The notes: generated by a model not told the origin, from the letters alone. A stretch of DNA of 32,000 bases from Pseudomonas aeruginosa (GCF_001457615.1 NZ_LN831024.1:3630001-3662000), one strand, 5' to 3'. Positions 1-9,557 are shown, counted from the stretch's first letter. A program made the numbers and translations.

Positions 1-171
1 GGTCAGCACCACGCCGGCGATCCCCTCTTTCTCCGCCTCCAGCCGTGCGATGGTCTTCGCCATCGCCTCGCGGTAGACACCGTTCATGGTGTTGGCGCTC
101 TGCCCGGGCATGTCCATGGTCAGGACGACGACGTTGTCCTGGCCTTTTTCGTAACGGATAGCGTCAGTCAT
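1..171 (-). CDS. FadB-like enoyl-CoA hydratase / 3-hydroxyacyl-CoA dehydrogenase, N-terminal fragment (continues past the window start)
   Basis: Not in the ORF track because it runs off the window. My minus-strand translation from the ATG (cat at 169-171) is MTDAIRYEKGQDNVVVLTMDMPGQSANTMNGVYREAMAKTIARLEAEKEGIAGVVLT, open to base 1. It starts 13 nt after the thiolase stop, the usual thiolase/dehydrogenase pairing. Confidence 0.6.
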   Translation of the reverse strand, partial: MTDAIRYEKGQDNVVVLTMDMPGQSANTMNGVYREAMAKTIARLEAEKEGIAGVVLT

Positions 172-184
172 TCCGGTTCTCCCT

Positions 185-1390
<1,206 letters not shown>

Positions 1391-1929
1391 GGCGGTCTCT
1401 CTTATCCTGTTCTCGTCCGGCCGAGCGGGCCTCCGCCTACCTTAAACAGGCTCGCCGGCGGGACAATGACCGAACCGCTCAGGCTGATTGACCGCCCAGC
1501 TCAGCCTGCAACACCGGGAAGATAGCACCATGCCATCTTTCGACCGGAAACCCGGACACCGGACGAACGGTCGAGACGCACGCCAGAGCCGTCACCACGC
1601 TGTCATATAGAGGGAATATGTCTAGACCGCAGCAGCTTGTATCCAAGTGGTCTAAGCCCGCGCAGGCCGGGGCTTAGACTGATTCATGCAAGCGTTCGAA
1701 AGGGAGGTCGACGCCGGGGATGCCGGGCCGACCGAAGAGTACGCCACTGCGTGGCAAGCCGTTCCGCCGGGCCGTAGCGCGGAGCAGGCAGCCACCCGAC
1801 AACAAGAAAGGCAGACAGGCCATGTTGAACGAGCAGCCAAAAAGATGGCGGCAAGCGAGCCTCATCGTCTTCGCCACCACAGTCATCCTGATCCTTCCCA
1901 ACCTTAACAGTCTGATCCGTTAGGGCACC

Positions 1930-1979
1930 TGCTGCCTGCACGCTGCGCACCGCCTCGCGGTCAGCGCAGCGCAGGCAGC
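1930..1979 (-). terminator. long imperfect GC hairpin spanning the stop codon of the AEC permease gene (candidate terminator or mRNA 3' stabiliser)
   Basis: Minus strand reads GCTGCCTGC-GCTGCGC ... GCGCAGC-GT-GCAGGCAGC, about 16 bp of stem with a 2-nt bulge. There is no clear U-tract, so the function is uncertain. Confidence 0.3.
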
Positions 1980-2848
1980 CACCAGGTCAGCAGCAGCGGA
2001 ATGAAGGCGAACGACAGCAGGGTCGAACACAGCACCAGGCTGGCGACCTGATCCGGCGAACGATTGCCGCGCAAGGCGTAGAGATAGTTGAACACCGCCA
2101 CCGGCATCGACGACTGCACCACCAGCACCCCCTGCGCCAGCGGCGGCAATTGCAACGCCAGCGCCACCGACCAGCCCACCAGCGCCCCCAGCAGAAGACG
2201 CAAGCCGCCATAGAAAAAGCCATTGCCCAGTTGCCGCGGGCGGATGCTGGCCAGGGACACGCCGAGGGTGATCAGCATCAGCGGAATGGTCAGCCCGGCC
2301 ATCAGGTCGACGGTATTCGCCATCCAGCGTGGCAGTTGCAGGTCGAGCCCCATCAACAACAAGGCCAGCAGCACGCTGAGCAGGATCGGATTGCCCAGCA
2401 GCGAACGCCAGGAGCGCTCGCCGCTCATCCAGAACACGCCGAGGCTGAAGTTGCCGATCGACATGATCAGGTAGAACGCCACCGCCAGGGTCATCCCCGC
2501 CTCGCCGAACGCATACAGGCACACCGGCAGGCCCATGTTGCCGACATTCGGGAAGCTGTAGGCCGGCACCAGCACCTGCCACTCCTGGCGCCCGAGGCGC
2601 GCCGCCGCCCAGCCCAGCGCAGCCATGCAGACGCAGATCAGCGCGCTGGCCAGGGCCATCCGGCCGAAACTGTGCAGGTCCACCCGGGTATGCGCCAGGG
2701 TGGCGAGGATCAGGCATGGCGAACCGATGTTGAACACGATGCGCGAAACGAACTCGGTCGGATAGGCGTGTCCGAGACGGACCCAGACGTAACCGACACC
2801 GGCGCCGAACAGCACGGGCGCCATCACGGCGAACAACTCGGCGAGCAC
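1961..2848 (-). CDS. AEC (auxin efflux carrier) family membrane transporter
   Basis: 295-aa polytopic hydrophobic ORF (MLAELFAVMAPVLFGAGVGYVW...). The start is a GTG (cac at 2846-2848) preceded by AAGGGG. An alternative ATG lies at 2824. Confidence 0.8.
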   Translation of the reverse strand: MLAELFAVMAPVLFGAGVGYVWVRLGHAYPTEFVSRIVFNIGSPCLILATLAHTRVDLHSFGRMALASALICVCMAALGWAAARLGRQEWQVLVPAYSFPNVGNMGLPVCLYAFGEAGMTLAVAFYLIMSIGNFSLGVFWMSGERSWRSLLGNPILLSVLLALLLMGLDLQLPRWMANTVDLMAGLTIPLMLITLGVSLASIRPRQLGNGFFYGGLRLLLGALVGWSVALALQLPPLAQGVLVVQSSMPVAVFNYLYALRGNRSPDQVASLVLCSTLLSFAFIPLLLTWWLPALR

Positions 2849-2960
2849 GGGAACCCCTTGGTTAGCCAGCTATGCAATGGCCCGCATGCTACCGCGAGGC
2901 CCCCGTTCCGTGCCAATCTCTCGCTCCATGCCATAACCGGCGGATGCACGAGGAACCCGC

Positions 2961-3781
2961 ATGCCTGTCACTCTCCCGCGCCTGGCGTTGCTAGGTGCCC
3001 TGCTCTTCCCTGTGGCTGCCGCCTGGGCCGCCGAGCTCCGCCTGGAACTGCCGGGGGCACGCAGACCTGGAGCAGCGAAGAACTGCTCAGGCATCCGCAG
3101 GCCCGCGACCTGGACATCCCGGCCGACGTCGCCTACCGCCGGAACATGCGCTACCGCGCCGTGCCACTGGCGGCGTTGTTGAAAGGCGTGCATCCCGAAG
3201 ACCATTTGCAGGCCGTGGCCAGCGACGGCTTCGCCGCCGAGTTGCCGGCCGCCCCGCTGCTCGCCGAACAGGGCTCGCAAGCCTGGCTGGCGATAGAGGA
3301 TCCGCAGCGCCCCTGGCCGCCGCTGGGCGCGGGCAAGCCGTCCGCCGGGCCGTTCTATCTGGTCTGGAGCAAACCCGAGGAAAAACGCATCGGTCCGGAG
3401 CAATGGCCCTTCCAGGTCGTCCGCATCCGCTACCAGTCCCCTCTGGCCGAACGCTTCCCGGCCCTGCTGCCGGCCGCTGACGCCAGCGCGGAGGTGCGCG
3501 CCGGCTTCGCCGTGTTCCAGAAGAACTGCCTGGCCTGCCACCGTCTCAACGGTGCCGGCGACGCCCAGTTCGGCCCGGACCTGAACCTGCCGTACAACCC
3601 CACCGAGTACTTCCAGCCGCAATTCCTCGCCCGCTACATCCGCGACCCGCAGGCGCTGCGGCAATGGCCGCAGGCGAAGATGCCGGCGTTCCCGGAACGG
3701 GTGATCGACGACCAGGAGTTGCGCCAGTTGATCGGCTACCTGCGCCACATGGCCGGCCGCAAGGCGGGCGCGGCCGGCTGA
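2961..3781 (+). pseudogene. periplasmic mono-haem cytochrome c domain protein, apparently frameshifted at a G5 tract (3053-3057)
   Basis: The ATG at 2961 encodes a Sec-type signal peptide, MPVTLPRLALLGALLFPVAAAWAAELRLELPG, and then runs into nonsense with a stop at 3182. The conserved body (GTQTWSSEELL...FQKNCLACH...KMPAF...) is in the -1 frame and ends at 3781. One extra G in the gggggg-type run would fuse the two (..LPGGTQTW..). The first in-frame ATG of the body is at 3146 and has no signal peptide. Confidence 0.6.
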
Positions 3782-3788
3782 AGCGGCG

Positions 3789-4520
3789 TCAGATGTTGTA
3801 CGCCGAGGGCGGCGACGGCAGGCGCTCCAGCAAGTCGTGCAGGCCGGCGCTCCACTGGCGGCGGATGGCGCTGAAATAGGCGTCGTCCTCTGTGACCCGG
3901 TAGCCCTCCGGCAGGATCAGGCTGTCGCGGTGGTAGACCAGCAGGTCCAGCGGCATGCCCACCGAGAGGTTGCTGCGGATGGTCGAGTCGAACGACACCA
4001 GCGCGCAGCGCAGGGCCTGCTCCAGCGGCGTGTCGAAAGTCAGGTTGCGGTCGAGGATCGGCTTGCCGTACTTGCTTTCGCCCAGTTGCAGGAAAGGCGT
4101 GTCCGGCGTGGCCTGGATGAAGTTGCCCTGGGGATAGATGCTGTACAGCGCCGGCGGTCCGCCGGCGATCTGCCCGCCGACCAGGAAGGAACAGCTCAGG
4201 TCGGTATTGCCGGCCAGATTGCCGCTGTCGCGGGCCAGCACCTCGCGGGTGGTCTCGGCGACCAGCGCCGTGGCGTCGTAGACCGAGGGCACGTTGAGCA
4301 GGCTGGCGCCGTCCCGGCGGATGCGCTGCTGCAGCAGGTTGATCACCGATTGCGAGGTCGCCAGGTTGCCGGCCGTCTGCACCACCAGCAGGCGCTCGCC
4401 GGGCGTGCCGAAGGTGAACAGCTTGCGGAAGGTGGCGATATGGTCGATCCCGGCGTTGGTCCGCGAATCGGAGGCGAACACCAACCCATCGGCCAGGTGC
4501 ATCGCGACACAGTAGGTCAT
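3789..4520 (-). CDS. Anbu (ancestral beta-subunit) proteasome-like Ntn hydrolase
   Basis: 243 aa with the ATG verified and an AAGGAAG Shine-Dalgarno. The N-terminus MTYCVAM exposes Thr directly after Met with no propeptide. Asp17 (ASDSR) and Lys32 (FRKLF), counted from Thr1, match the proteasome beta catalytic triad. It is the last gene of an ATP-grasp/alpha-E/transglutaminase operon, the defining Anbu context. Confidence 0.85.
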   Translation of the reverse strand: MTYCVAMHLADGLVFASDSRTNAGIDHIATFRKLFTFGTPGERLLVVQTAGNLATSQSVINLLQQRIRRDGASLLNVPSVYDATALVAETTREVLARDSGNLAGNTDLSCSFLVGGQIAGGPPALYSIYPQGNFIQATPDTPFLQLGESKYGKPILDRNLTFDTPLEQALRCALVSFDSTIRSNLSVGMPLDLLVYHRDSLILPEGYRVTEDDAYFSAIRRQWSAGLHDLLERLPSPPSAYNI

Positions 4521-4601
4521 CTCGAATCTTCCTTATTCCGTCCGTCCCCGCCCCTCAAGCGTAAAGGCAATCGCCGATAACGCCAGGCGCGCAATGGATC
4601 G

Positions 4602-5402
4602 TCACTGTTGCTGCACCTGCAGCAGCGGCGCGCTGACCAGCACCCTCGCATGCATCTGCTCGCAACCGCCGCCACGGCGCAAGCCGCGCACCGGGCAGGC
4701 ATCCAGGTAGTCGAGGCCGACGGCCAGCTTGAGATGGCGCTCCGGACGGCCGAGCCGGTTGGTCACGTCGAAGCTGTACCAGCCGTCGCCGAGCCAGGCC
4801 TCGGCCCAGGCATGGCTGGCCAGGTGCGTATCGTCCTCGGTGTAGAGGTAGCCGGAGACGTAGCGCCCCGGCACGCCCTGGCTGCGGACGCAGGCGAGGA
4901 AGGCATGGGCATGGTCCTGGCAGACCCCGGCGCGTGCGCCGAAAGCCTCGATGGCGGTGCTGTCGACGCGGGTCGCCCCCGGCTGGTAGAGGATATGCTC
5001 GTGCAGCGCATGCATCAGGTCGAGCAGGCCGCCGCGGTCCTTGCGGCCGCCCATGGCGCGTTCGGCGAAGGCGCGCATCTCGGCATCGGCGCCGGTCAGG
5101 CGGGTGCTGCGCAGGAACGGCAACGGCGACTGGCGATCGTGCTCCACCTCGCGCTCCTCGTCGATCTCGACCAGGCCGTGGGCGGCGATCAGGACCGACT
5201 CATGCGGTTCGTCCAGGGTCAGGACGTGCAGGATGTTGCCGTACGGATCGCGCAGCGGCCGCGCCGGGCGCGGCAGGTCCAGGCGCCAATCGACCACGTG
5301 CTGGCGCTCGCTGTCCTGCGGGGTCAGGCGCAGGTACTGGATGCTGGCGCGCACCCGGTCTTCGTAGCGATAGGTGGTGTCGTGGGTGATCGAGAGTCTC
5401 AT
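4602..5402 (-). CDS. transglutaminase-like cysteine protease/ligase family protein (N-terminal bacterial transglutaminase domain plus core)
   Basis: The track ORF is 475 aa. I trimmed it to MRLSITHDTTYRYEDRV... (266 aa, ATG at 5402). The Cys-His-Asp motifs are visible: GVCQDHAH, SHAWAEAW, SFDVTN. The start overlaps the upstream stop (ATGA). Confidence 0.85.
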   Translation of the reverse strand: MRLSITHDTTYRYEDRVRASIQYLRLTPQDSERQHVVDWRLDLPRPARPLRDPYGNILHVLTLDEPHESVLIAAHGLVEIDEEREVEHDRQSPLPFLRSTRLTGADAEMRAFAERAMGGRKDRGGLLDLMHALHEHILYQPGATRVDSTAIEAFGARAGVCQDHAHAFLACVRSQGVPGRYVSGYLYTEDDTHLASHAWAEAWLGDGWYSFDVTNRLGRPERHLKLAVGLDYLDACPVRGLRRGGGCEQMHARVLVSAPLLQVQQQ

Positions 5403-6352
5403 GCGGCCTCCAGGTAGGAGCTGTGAATGGCGTTGGCCAACTGGCGAACCAGCAGGATGTAGTCGGTGATCCAGGTATGCAGGCCCTGTTCCAGCACCTC
5501 GTCGATGCCGGTGTAGCGCACCCGCGCCTCCAGCTCGGCGGCCAGGCGCTGCGCCGGCCGGCCGTTGACGCCGGGCAGGCCGGAAAGGATCTCGCTCAGT
5601 TCCTCGATGCAGGACAGCAGCGAACGTGGCACGTCCTCGCGCAACAGCAGCAATTCGGCGATGTTGCGCGCGTTGGGCGAGGCGCGGTACAGCTCGGTGT
5701 AGCCCTCGAAGGCGGATAGCGCCCGCAGCAGCGCGCTCCACTGGTAGTAGCCGCGCGCGGTGCCCTCGTCCGCCCCGGCGAGCGCCGCTTCGCCCTGGGT
5801 CTGGTAGCGCGCATCGAGCAGGCGCAAGGTATTGTCGGCGCGTTCGATGAAGGTTCCGAGACGGATGAAGCGGAACGCATCGTTGCGCATGCTGGTGGCG
5901 AAGGTCGCGCCGCGGAACAGGTGCGAGCGGTCCTTCACCCATTCGCAGAAACGACTGATGCCATAGCGCAGGATGCCCTCGGCGGCGATGCCGCGCATTT
6001 CCAGCCAGGTGGCGTTGATGTTCTCCCACATGTCCAGGGTGATCCGCCCGCGTACCGCATGGGCACTGGCGCGCGCTGCGGCCAGGCAGCTGTAGATGCT
6101 CGCCGGGTTGTCCGGGTCGAGGGCGAAGAAACTCAGCAGGCGCTCGGCGGCCAGTTCGCCGTGGCGCTCCAGGTAGGCGTCGAGGGTGCCGGTGATCAGC
6201 AGCGGCATGGCCAGTTCGTCCAGGCCGCCACCGTTGCGGTCCTGCGGCAACAGCGACAGCGAGTAGCTGACGTCGAGCATGCGGGCGAGGTTCTCCGCGC
6301 GTTCCAGGTAGCGCGACATCCAGTACAGGTCGGAAGCGGTCCGGCTGAGCAT
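5399..6352 (-). CDS. alpha-E domain protein
   Basis: The track ORF is 446 aa. I trimmed it to MLSRTASDLYWMSRYLERAENLARMLD... (317 aa, ATG at 6352), the N-terminal ER-motif helix typical of the alpha-E family. It starts 2 nt after the ATP-grasp stop. Confidence 0.8.
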   Translation of the reverse strand: MLSRTASDLYWMSRYLERAENLARMLDVSYSLSLLPQDRNGGGLDELAMPLLITGTLDAYLERHGELAAERLLSFFALDPDNPASIYSCLAAARASAHAVRGRITLDMWENINATWLEMRGIAAEGILRYGISRFCEWVKDRSHLFRGATFATSMRNDAFRFIRLGTFIERADNTLRLLDARYQTQGEAALAGADEGTARGYYQWSALLRALSAFEGYTELYRASPNARNIAELLLLREDVPRSLLSCIEELSEILSGLPGVNGRPAQRLAAELEARVRYTGIDEVLEQGLHTWITDYILLVRQLANAIHSSYLEAA

Positions 6353-6354
6353 GC

Positions 6355-7767
6355 TTATTCCTCCACCACCCAGGTGTCCTTGGTGCCGCCGCCCTGGGAC
6401 GAGTTGACCACCAGCGAGCCTTCGCGCAACGCCACCCGGGTCAGCCCGCCAGGCACCAGGCGAACCCGATCCGGCGCCGACAGGACGAACGGCCGCAGGT
6501 CGATATGGCGCGGCGCGACGCCGCTCTCGACGAAGGTCGGACAGGTCGACAGGGACAGCGTCGGTTGCGCGATATAGGCCTCCGGGCGAGCCTTCAGGCG
6601 CTCGCGGAACAGCTCGATTTCTTCCCGGCTGGCCGCCGGTCCGACCAGCATGCCGTAGCCGCCGGAACCCTGGGTCTCCTTCACCACCAGCTCCGGCAGG
6701 TGCGCCAGGACGTGCGCCAGTTCCTTCGGCTTGCGACATTGCCAGGTCGGCACGTTGTGCAGCAGCGGGTCTTCGCCGAGGTAGAAGCGGATCATGTCCG
6801 GCACGTAGGGGTAGATCGACTTGTCGTCGGCCACCCCGGTACCGATCGCGTTGGCCAGCACCAGGTTGCCGGCCCGGTAGGCGGCCAGCAGGCCGGGCAC
6901 GCCGAGCAGCGAATCCGGGTTGAACGCCAGCGGGTCGAGGAAGGCGTCGTCGATCCTTCGGTAGATCACGTCCACCGGTTGCGGTCCGGCCGTCGTGCGC
7001 ATGTAGACCCGCTCGTCGCGGACGAACAGATCGGCGCCTTCGACCAGTTCCACGCCCATCTCGCGGGCGAGGAAGGCGTGTTCGAAGTAGGCGCTGTTGA
7101 AACGTCCCGGCGTCAATACCACCACGCTCGGCGATTCGACGTCACTGGCCCGCTTTAGGGTGTCGAGCAGCAGGTCCGGGTAGTGGTCGATCGGCGCCAC
7201 GCGCTGGCGGACGAACAGCTCGGGGAACAGGCGCATCATCATCTTGCGGTTTTCCAGCATGTAGGAAACACCGCTGGGCGTGCGCAGGTTGTCCTCCAGC
7301 ACGTAGTAGTTGCCGCTGCCGTCGCGGACCAGGTCGACCCCGGCAATGTGCGCGTAGACGTTGCCCGGCAGGTCCAGTCCCTGCATCGCCAGTTGGTACT
7401 GGTCGTTGGCCAGGACCTGCTCGGCAGGAATCACCCCGGCCTTGAGGATGCGCTGTTCGTGGTAGAGGTCGGCGAGGAACAGGTTCAGCGCCTGGACGCG
7501 CTGGATGCAGCCGGCCTCGATGTGCGCCCACTCCGCCGCGGGAATGCTGCGCGGGATGGTGTCGAAGGGGATCAGGCGCTCGGTGCCCTGCTCGTCGCCG
7601 TACAGGGTGAAGGTGATGCCGGCGCGGTGGAACAGCAGGTCGGCTTCACGCCGGCGTTGCAGCAGTTGCTCTTCAGGGGTGTCGGCCAGCCAGCGAGCGA
7701 ATTCCCGATAATGCGAGCGGCATTCGCCGCCAGCATCGTGCATCTCGTCGTAAAACATGCGTGCCAT
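6355..7767 (-). CDS. circularly permuted type-2 ATP-grasp protein (predicted peptide/amide ligase)
   Basis: 470 aa with the ATG verified and an AAGGAG Shine-Dalgarno. I recognise the sequence (MARMFYDEM...RSHYREFARWL...) as the family that invariably precedes alpha-E and transglutaminase genes. No catalytic residues were verified by eye. Confidence 0.8.
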   Translation of the reverse strand: MARMFYDEMHDAGGECRSHYREFARWLADTPEEQLLQRRREADLLFHRAGITFTLYGDEQGTERLIPFDTIPRSIPAAEWAHIEAGCIQRVQALNLFLADLYHEQRILKAGVIPAEQVLANDQYQLAMQGLDLPGNVYAHIAGVDLVRDGSGNYYVLEDNLRTPSGVSYMLENRKMMMRLFPELFVRQRVAPIDHYPDLLLDTLKRASDVESPSVVVLTPGRFNSAYFEHAFLAREMGVELVEGADLFVRDERVYMRTTAGPQPVDVIYRRIDDAFLDPLAFNPDSLLGVPGLLAAYRAGNLVLANAIGTGVADDKSIYPYVPDMIRFYLGEDPLLHNVPTWQCRKPKELAHVLAHLPELVVKETQGSGGYGMLVGPAASREEIELFRERLKARPEAYIAQPTLSLSTCPTFVESGVAPRHIDLRPFVLSAPDRVRLVPGGLTRVALREGSLVVNSSQGGGTKDTWVVEE

Positions 7768-8007
7768 GCCGGACTCCTTGTCGTCACGAACGATGGGGAA
7801 CTCGCAAAGCCCGTGCCAGCGCGCGGATCACGGCTCGTCGGCGATTCGCAGGGTCGGCGCGGCGGGTTCGCCCCAGTCTGGTGCATCCTGCCCACAGGGA
7901 GAGGAAGGGCGCCCCGTTCGACGGCATGCGCGCCCCGCGGCCACGGACCGGCATCGACCTGCCGATCGCGAAGCGACCTGTGGGACCGATAAGTCTAGAA
8001 CAGACCC

Positions 8008-8037
8008 GGAAGGGAGACGGCTTCTCCCCTCCCTTCC
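8008..8037 (-). terminator. candidate terminator hairpin downstream of the amidotransferase gene
   Basis: GGAAGGGAG / CTCCCTTCC forms a 9-bp perfect stem with a 12-nt loop, about 80 nt after the stop at 8117. On the minus strand it is followed by the weakly U-rich GGGTCTGTTCT. Confidence 0.3.
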
Positions 8038-8116
8038 ATGCAGACAGCCGTCTCGCTCGAACGAGCGATAAAGCGGACCGGCGGTAGTGCCAGGGAGGCG
8101 CCCGCGGCCGGGAAGG

Positions 8117-8815
8117 TCAATCGATCAGCGACAGCCAATGACGGTAGAAACCCTCGGCCACCCGATTCAGCCCGGCAACCTTGGCAGGCAACCCGGCCAG
8201 CATGTCCTCGGCGGATTGCTGGCTGGGCTGGGAGGGATCGAGCAGGTGCGGCCAGCCGGCGATCCAGCGCCGCACCAGTTCCTCGGTCATTTCCGGATGG
8301 CCTTGCAGGCCGAGTACGTGATCGCCCCAGGAAAACCCCTGGTTCTCGCACCACGGGCTGGACAGCAGGCGCTCGGCGCCCTGCGGCAGGTCGAAGGCAT
8401 CGCCGTGCCACTGGAAGATCGAGAAGCGCTCCGGCAGCCCGGCCAGCCATGGACTGTCGCGGCTTTCCCGCTGCATGGGCTGCCAGCCCATTTCGGTGTA
8501 GGGCTGGTGCCGCACCGTCGCGCCCAGGGCGCGGGCCAGCAACTGGCCGCCGAGGCAATGGCCGATCAGCGGGATGCGCCGCTCGATGAAGCGACGCAGC
8601 AGCGCCAGTTCGTCGCGCAACCAGGGCAGGTCGTCGTTGACGCTCATCGGCCCACCCATGATCGCCACCGCTCGCGGGCGTTCGGCGTCGAGACCGGCGA
8701 GTTCGCCGAGGTCGGCGCGGATCACGCGGAAGTCCAGGCCGCGCTCCGCCAGCACGGCACCCAGATGGCCTGGCGGACAGAACTCGGCATGGGTCAGGAT
8801 CAGAATATCGCTCAT
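8117..8815 (-). CDS. class I glutamine amidotransferase-like protein (GMP synthase-type GATase1 domain only)
   Basis: 232 aa with the ATG verified and a GGAGG Shine-Dalgarno. The nucleophile elbow is LIGHCLGGQLLA and the His-Glu pair is in LQGHPEMT. Confidence 0.85.
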   Translation of the reverse strand: MSDILILTHAEFCPPGHLGAVLAERGLDFRVIRADLGELAGLDAERPRAVAIMGGPMSVNDDLPWLRDELALLRRFIERRIPLIGHCLGGQLLARALGATVRHQPYTEMGWQPMQRESRDSPWLAGLPERFSIFQWHGDAFDLPQGAERLLSSPWCENQGFSWGDHVLGLQGHPEMTEELVRRWIAGWPHLLDPSQPSQQSAEDMLAGLPAKVAGLNRVAEGFYRHWLSLID

Positions 8816-8912
8816 GGCTTACCTCCTTCCCCAGTCTGAAGGAAAGCCTTCGAGGAAGGAAAGCCCGACGCAGGAGCCCCGGCCCGGGATCGCGGCCGGG
8901 GTCCCGCCGCCG

Positions 8913-9254
8913 TCACGGACGCAGCGAAGTGACCTCCTGGGTCACGCCCCACCCGTCCAGCACGCCGCCCAGCGGCACCACGACTTCCTCCAGGTCGTGT
9001 TCGAAGGCACCGATGGCGGCATGGGTGGCGTACATCACCTTGCTGACCTGCAGGTTCCAGGAGCCATCGTCGCGAGCGACGACCTGGGCCCTGAGGGATT
9101 CGCCGCGAAACTGGCCCGCTGCCTGGCGGGCCTCCCGCTCACTGGGAAAGATGGCGAAGAAGTCGATGGGATGGATGCGCGCGAAGTCGAAGCCGCCTTC
9201 TTTCATGCGACGCAGGACATTCACGCTGACATCATCCGAGAAGGGCTTTTCCAT
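8913..9254 (-). CDS. RraB-like (regulator of ribonuclease activity B family) small protein
   Basis: The track ORF is 121 aa from the ATG at 9278. I prefer Met9 (MEKPFSDDVSVNVLRRMKEGGFDF...), 113 aa, because AGGAGG sits 8 nt upstream of the ATG at 9254. The family call is from sequence resemblance only. Confidence 0.6.
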   Translation of the reverse strand: MEKPFSDDVSVNVLRRMKEGGFDFARIHPIDFFAIFPSEREARQAAGQFRGESLRAQVVARDDGSWNLQVSKVMYATHAAIGAFEHDLEEVVVPLGGVLDGWGVTQEVTSLRP

Positions 9255-9529
9255 GAGACGCACCTCCTGTCGAGACATTCAGAAAATTCACCGATTCCCC
9301 ATTCAGCTGAAGCCATCGTCGGCGATCATGAGAGTTTTGTGATCAGGCCAGAGGAGGATCGGACGACCATGGCTTCTTTCAGGGTAGCGTCAACCTGCCA
9401 GCGCTGCCGAGCTTTCCGCCGCCTGCCCCGGCGGGCGGCGACCGGCGGCAGACAAAGCGCTGTACAAAAGGCCCGGCCGTTGAGCAAGATTCCGCCTGCG
9501 CCGGCGACCGTTGGTCCTGCCCGATGGCA

Positions 9530-9557
9530 TTGGCGAAAGCGACTCGTGCAATAATAT
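9530..9557 (+). promoter_or_regulatory. putative sigma70-type promoter for mucR
   Basis: TTGGCG (9530-9535), a 16-nt spacer, then TAATAT (9552-9557), 50 nt upstream of the mucR ATG. This rests on pattern match only. Confidence 0.3.

Noticed and set aside
3051-3060. Programmed -1 ribosomal frameshift at CCGGGGGCA
   Set aside because: There is no canonical X-XXY-YYZ slippery heptamer and I could see no downstream stimulatory structure. A 1-nt homopolymer indel, from mutation or a sequencing error, is the simpler explanation.
2150-3781. 543-aa ORF taken at face value
   Set aside because: Its first ~270 residues are antisense to the AEC permease and are His/Gln/Arg-rich nonsense. Only the C-terminal ~240 residues (cytochrome c body) look real, and they connect to the out-of-frame signal peptide at 2961 (see the frameshift finding).
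4602-7767. N-terminal extensions of the track ORFs 4602-6029 (475 aa) and 5399-6739 (446 aa)
   Set aside because: The extensions are Arg/Gly/Ala-rich and overlap the preceding real gene in another frame. Internal ATGs with family-typical N-termini (MRLSITHDTTYRY.., MLSRTASDLYWMSRYLERAEN..) sit exactly at the upstream stop codons.
7757-8589. ORFs 7757-8071, 7761-8087, 7995-8558 and 8038-8589 in and around the intergenic region and the amidotransferase gene
   Set aside because: They are Arg/Pro/Ala-rich and lack a Shine-Dalgarno. Two overlap the well-supported GATase1 gene and two lie in the intergenic gap. They look like GC-driven artefacts.
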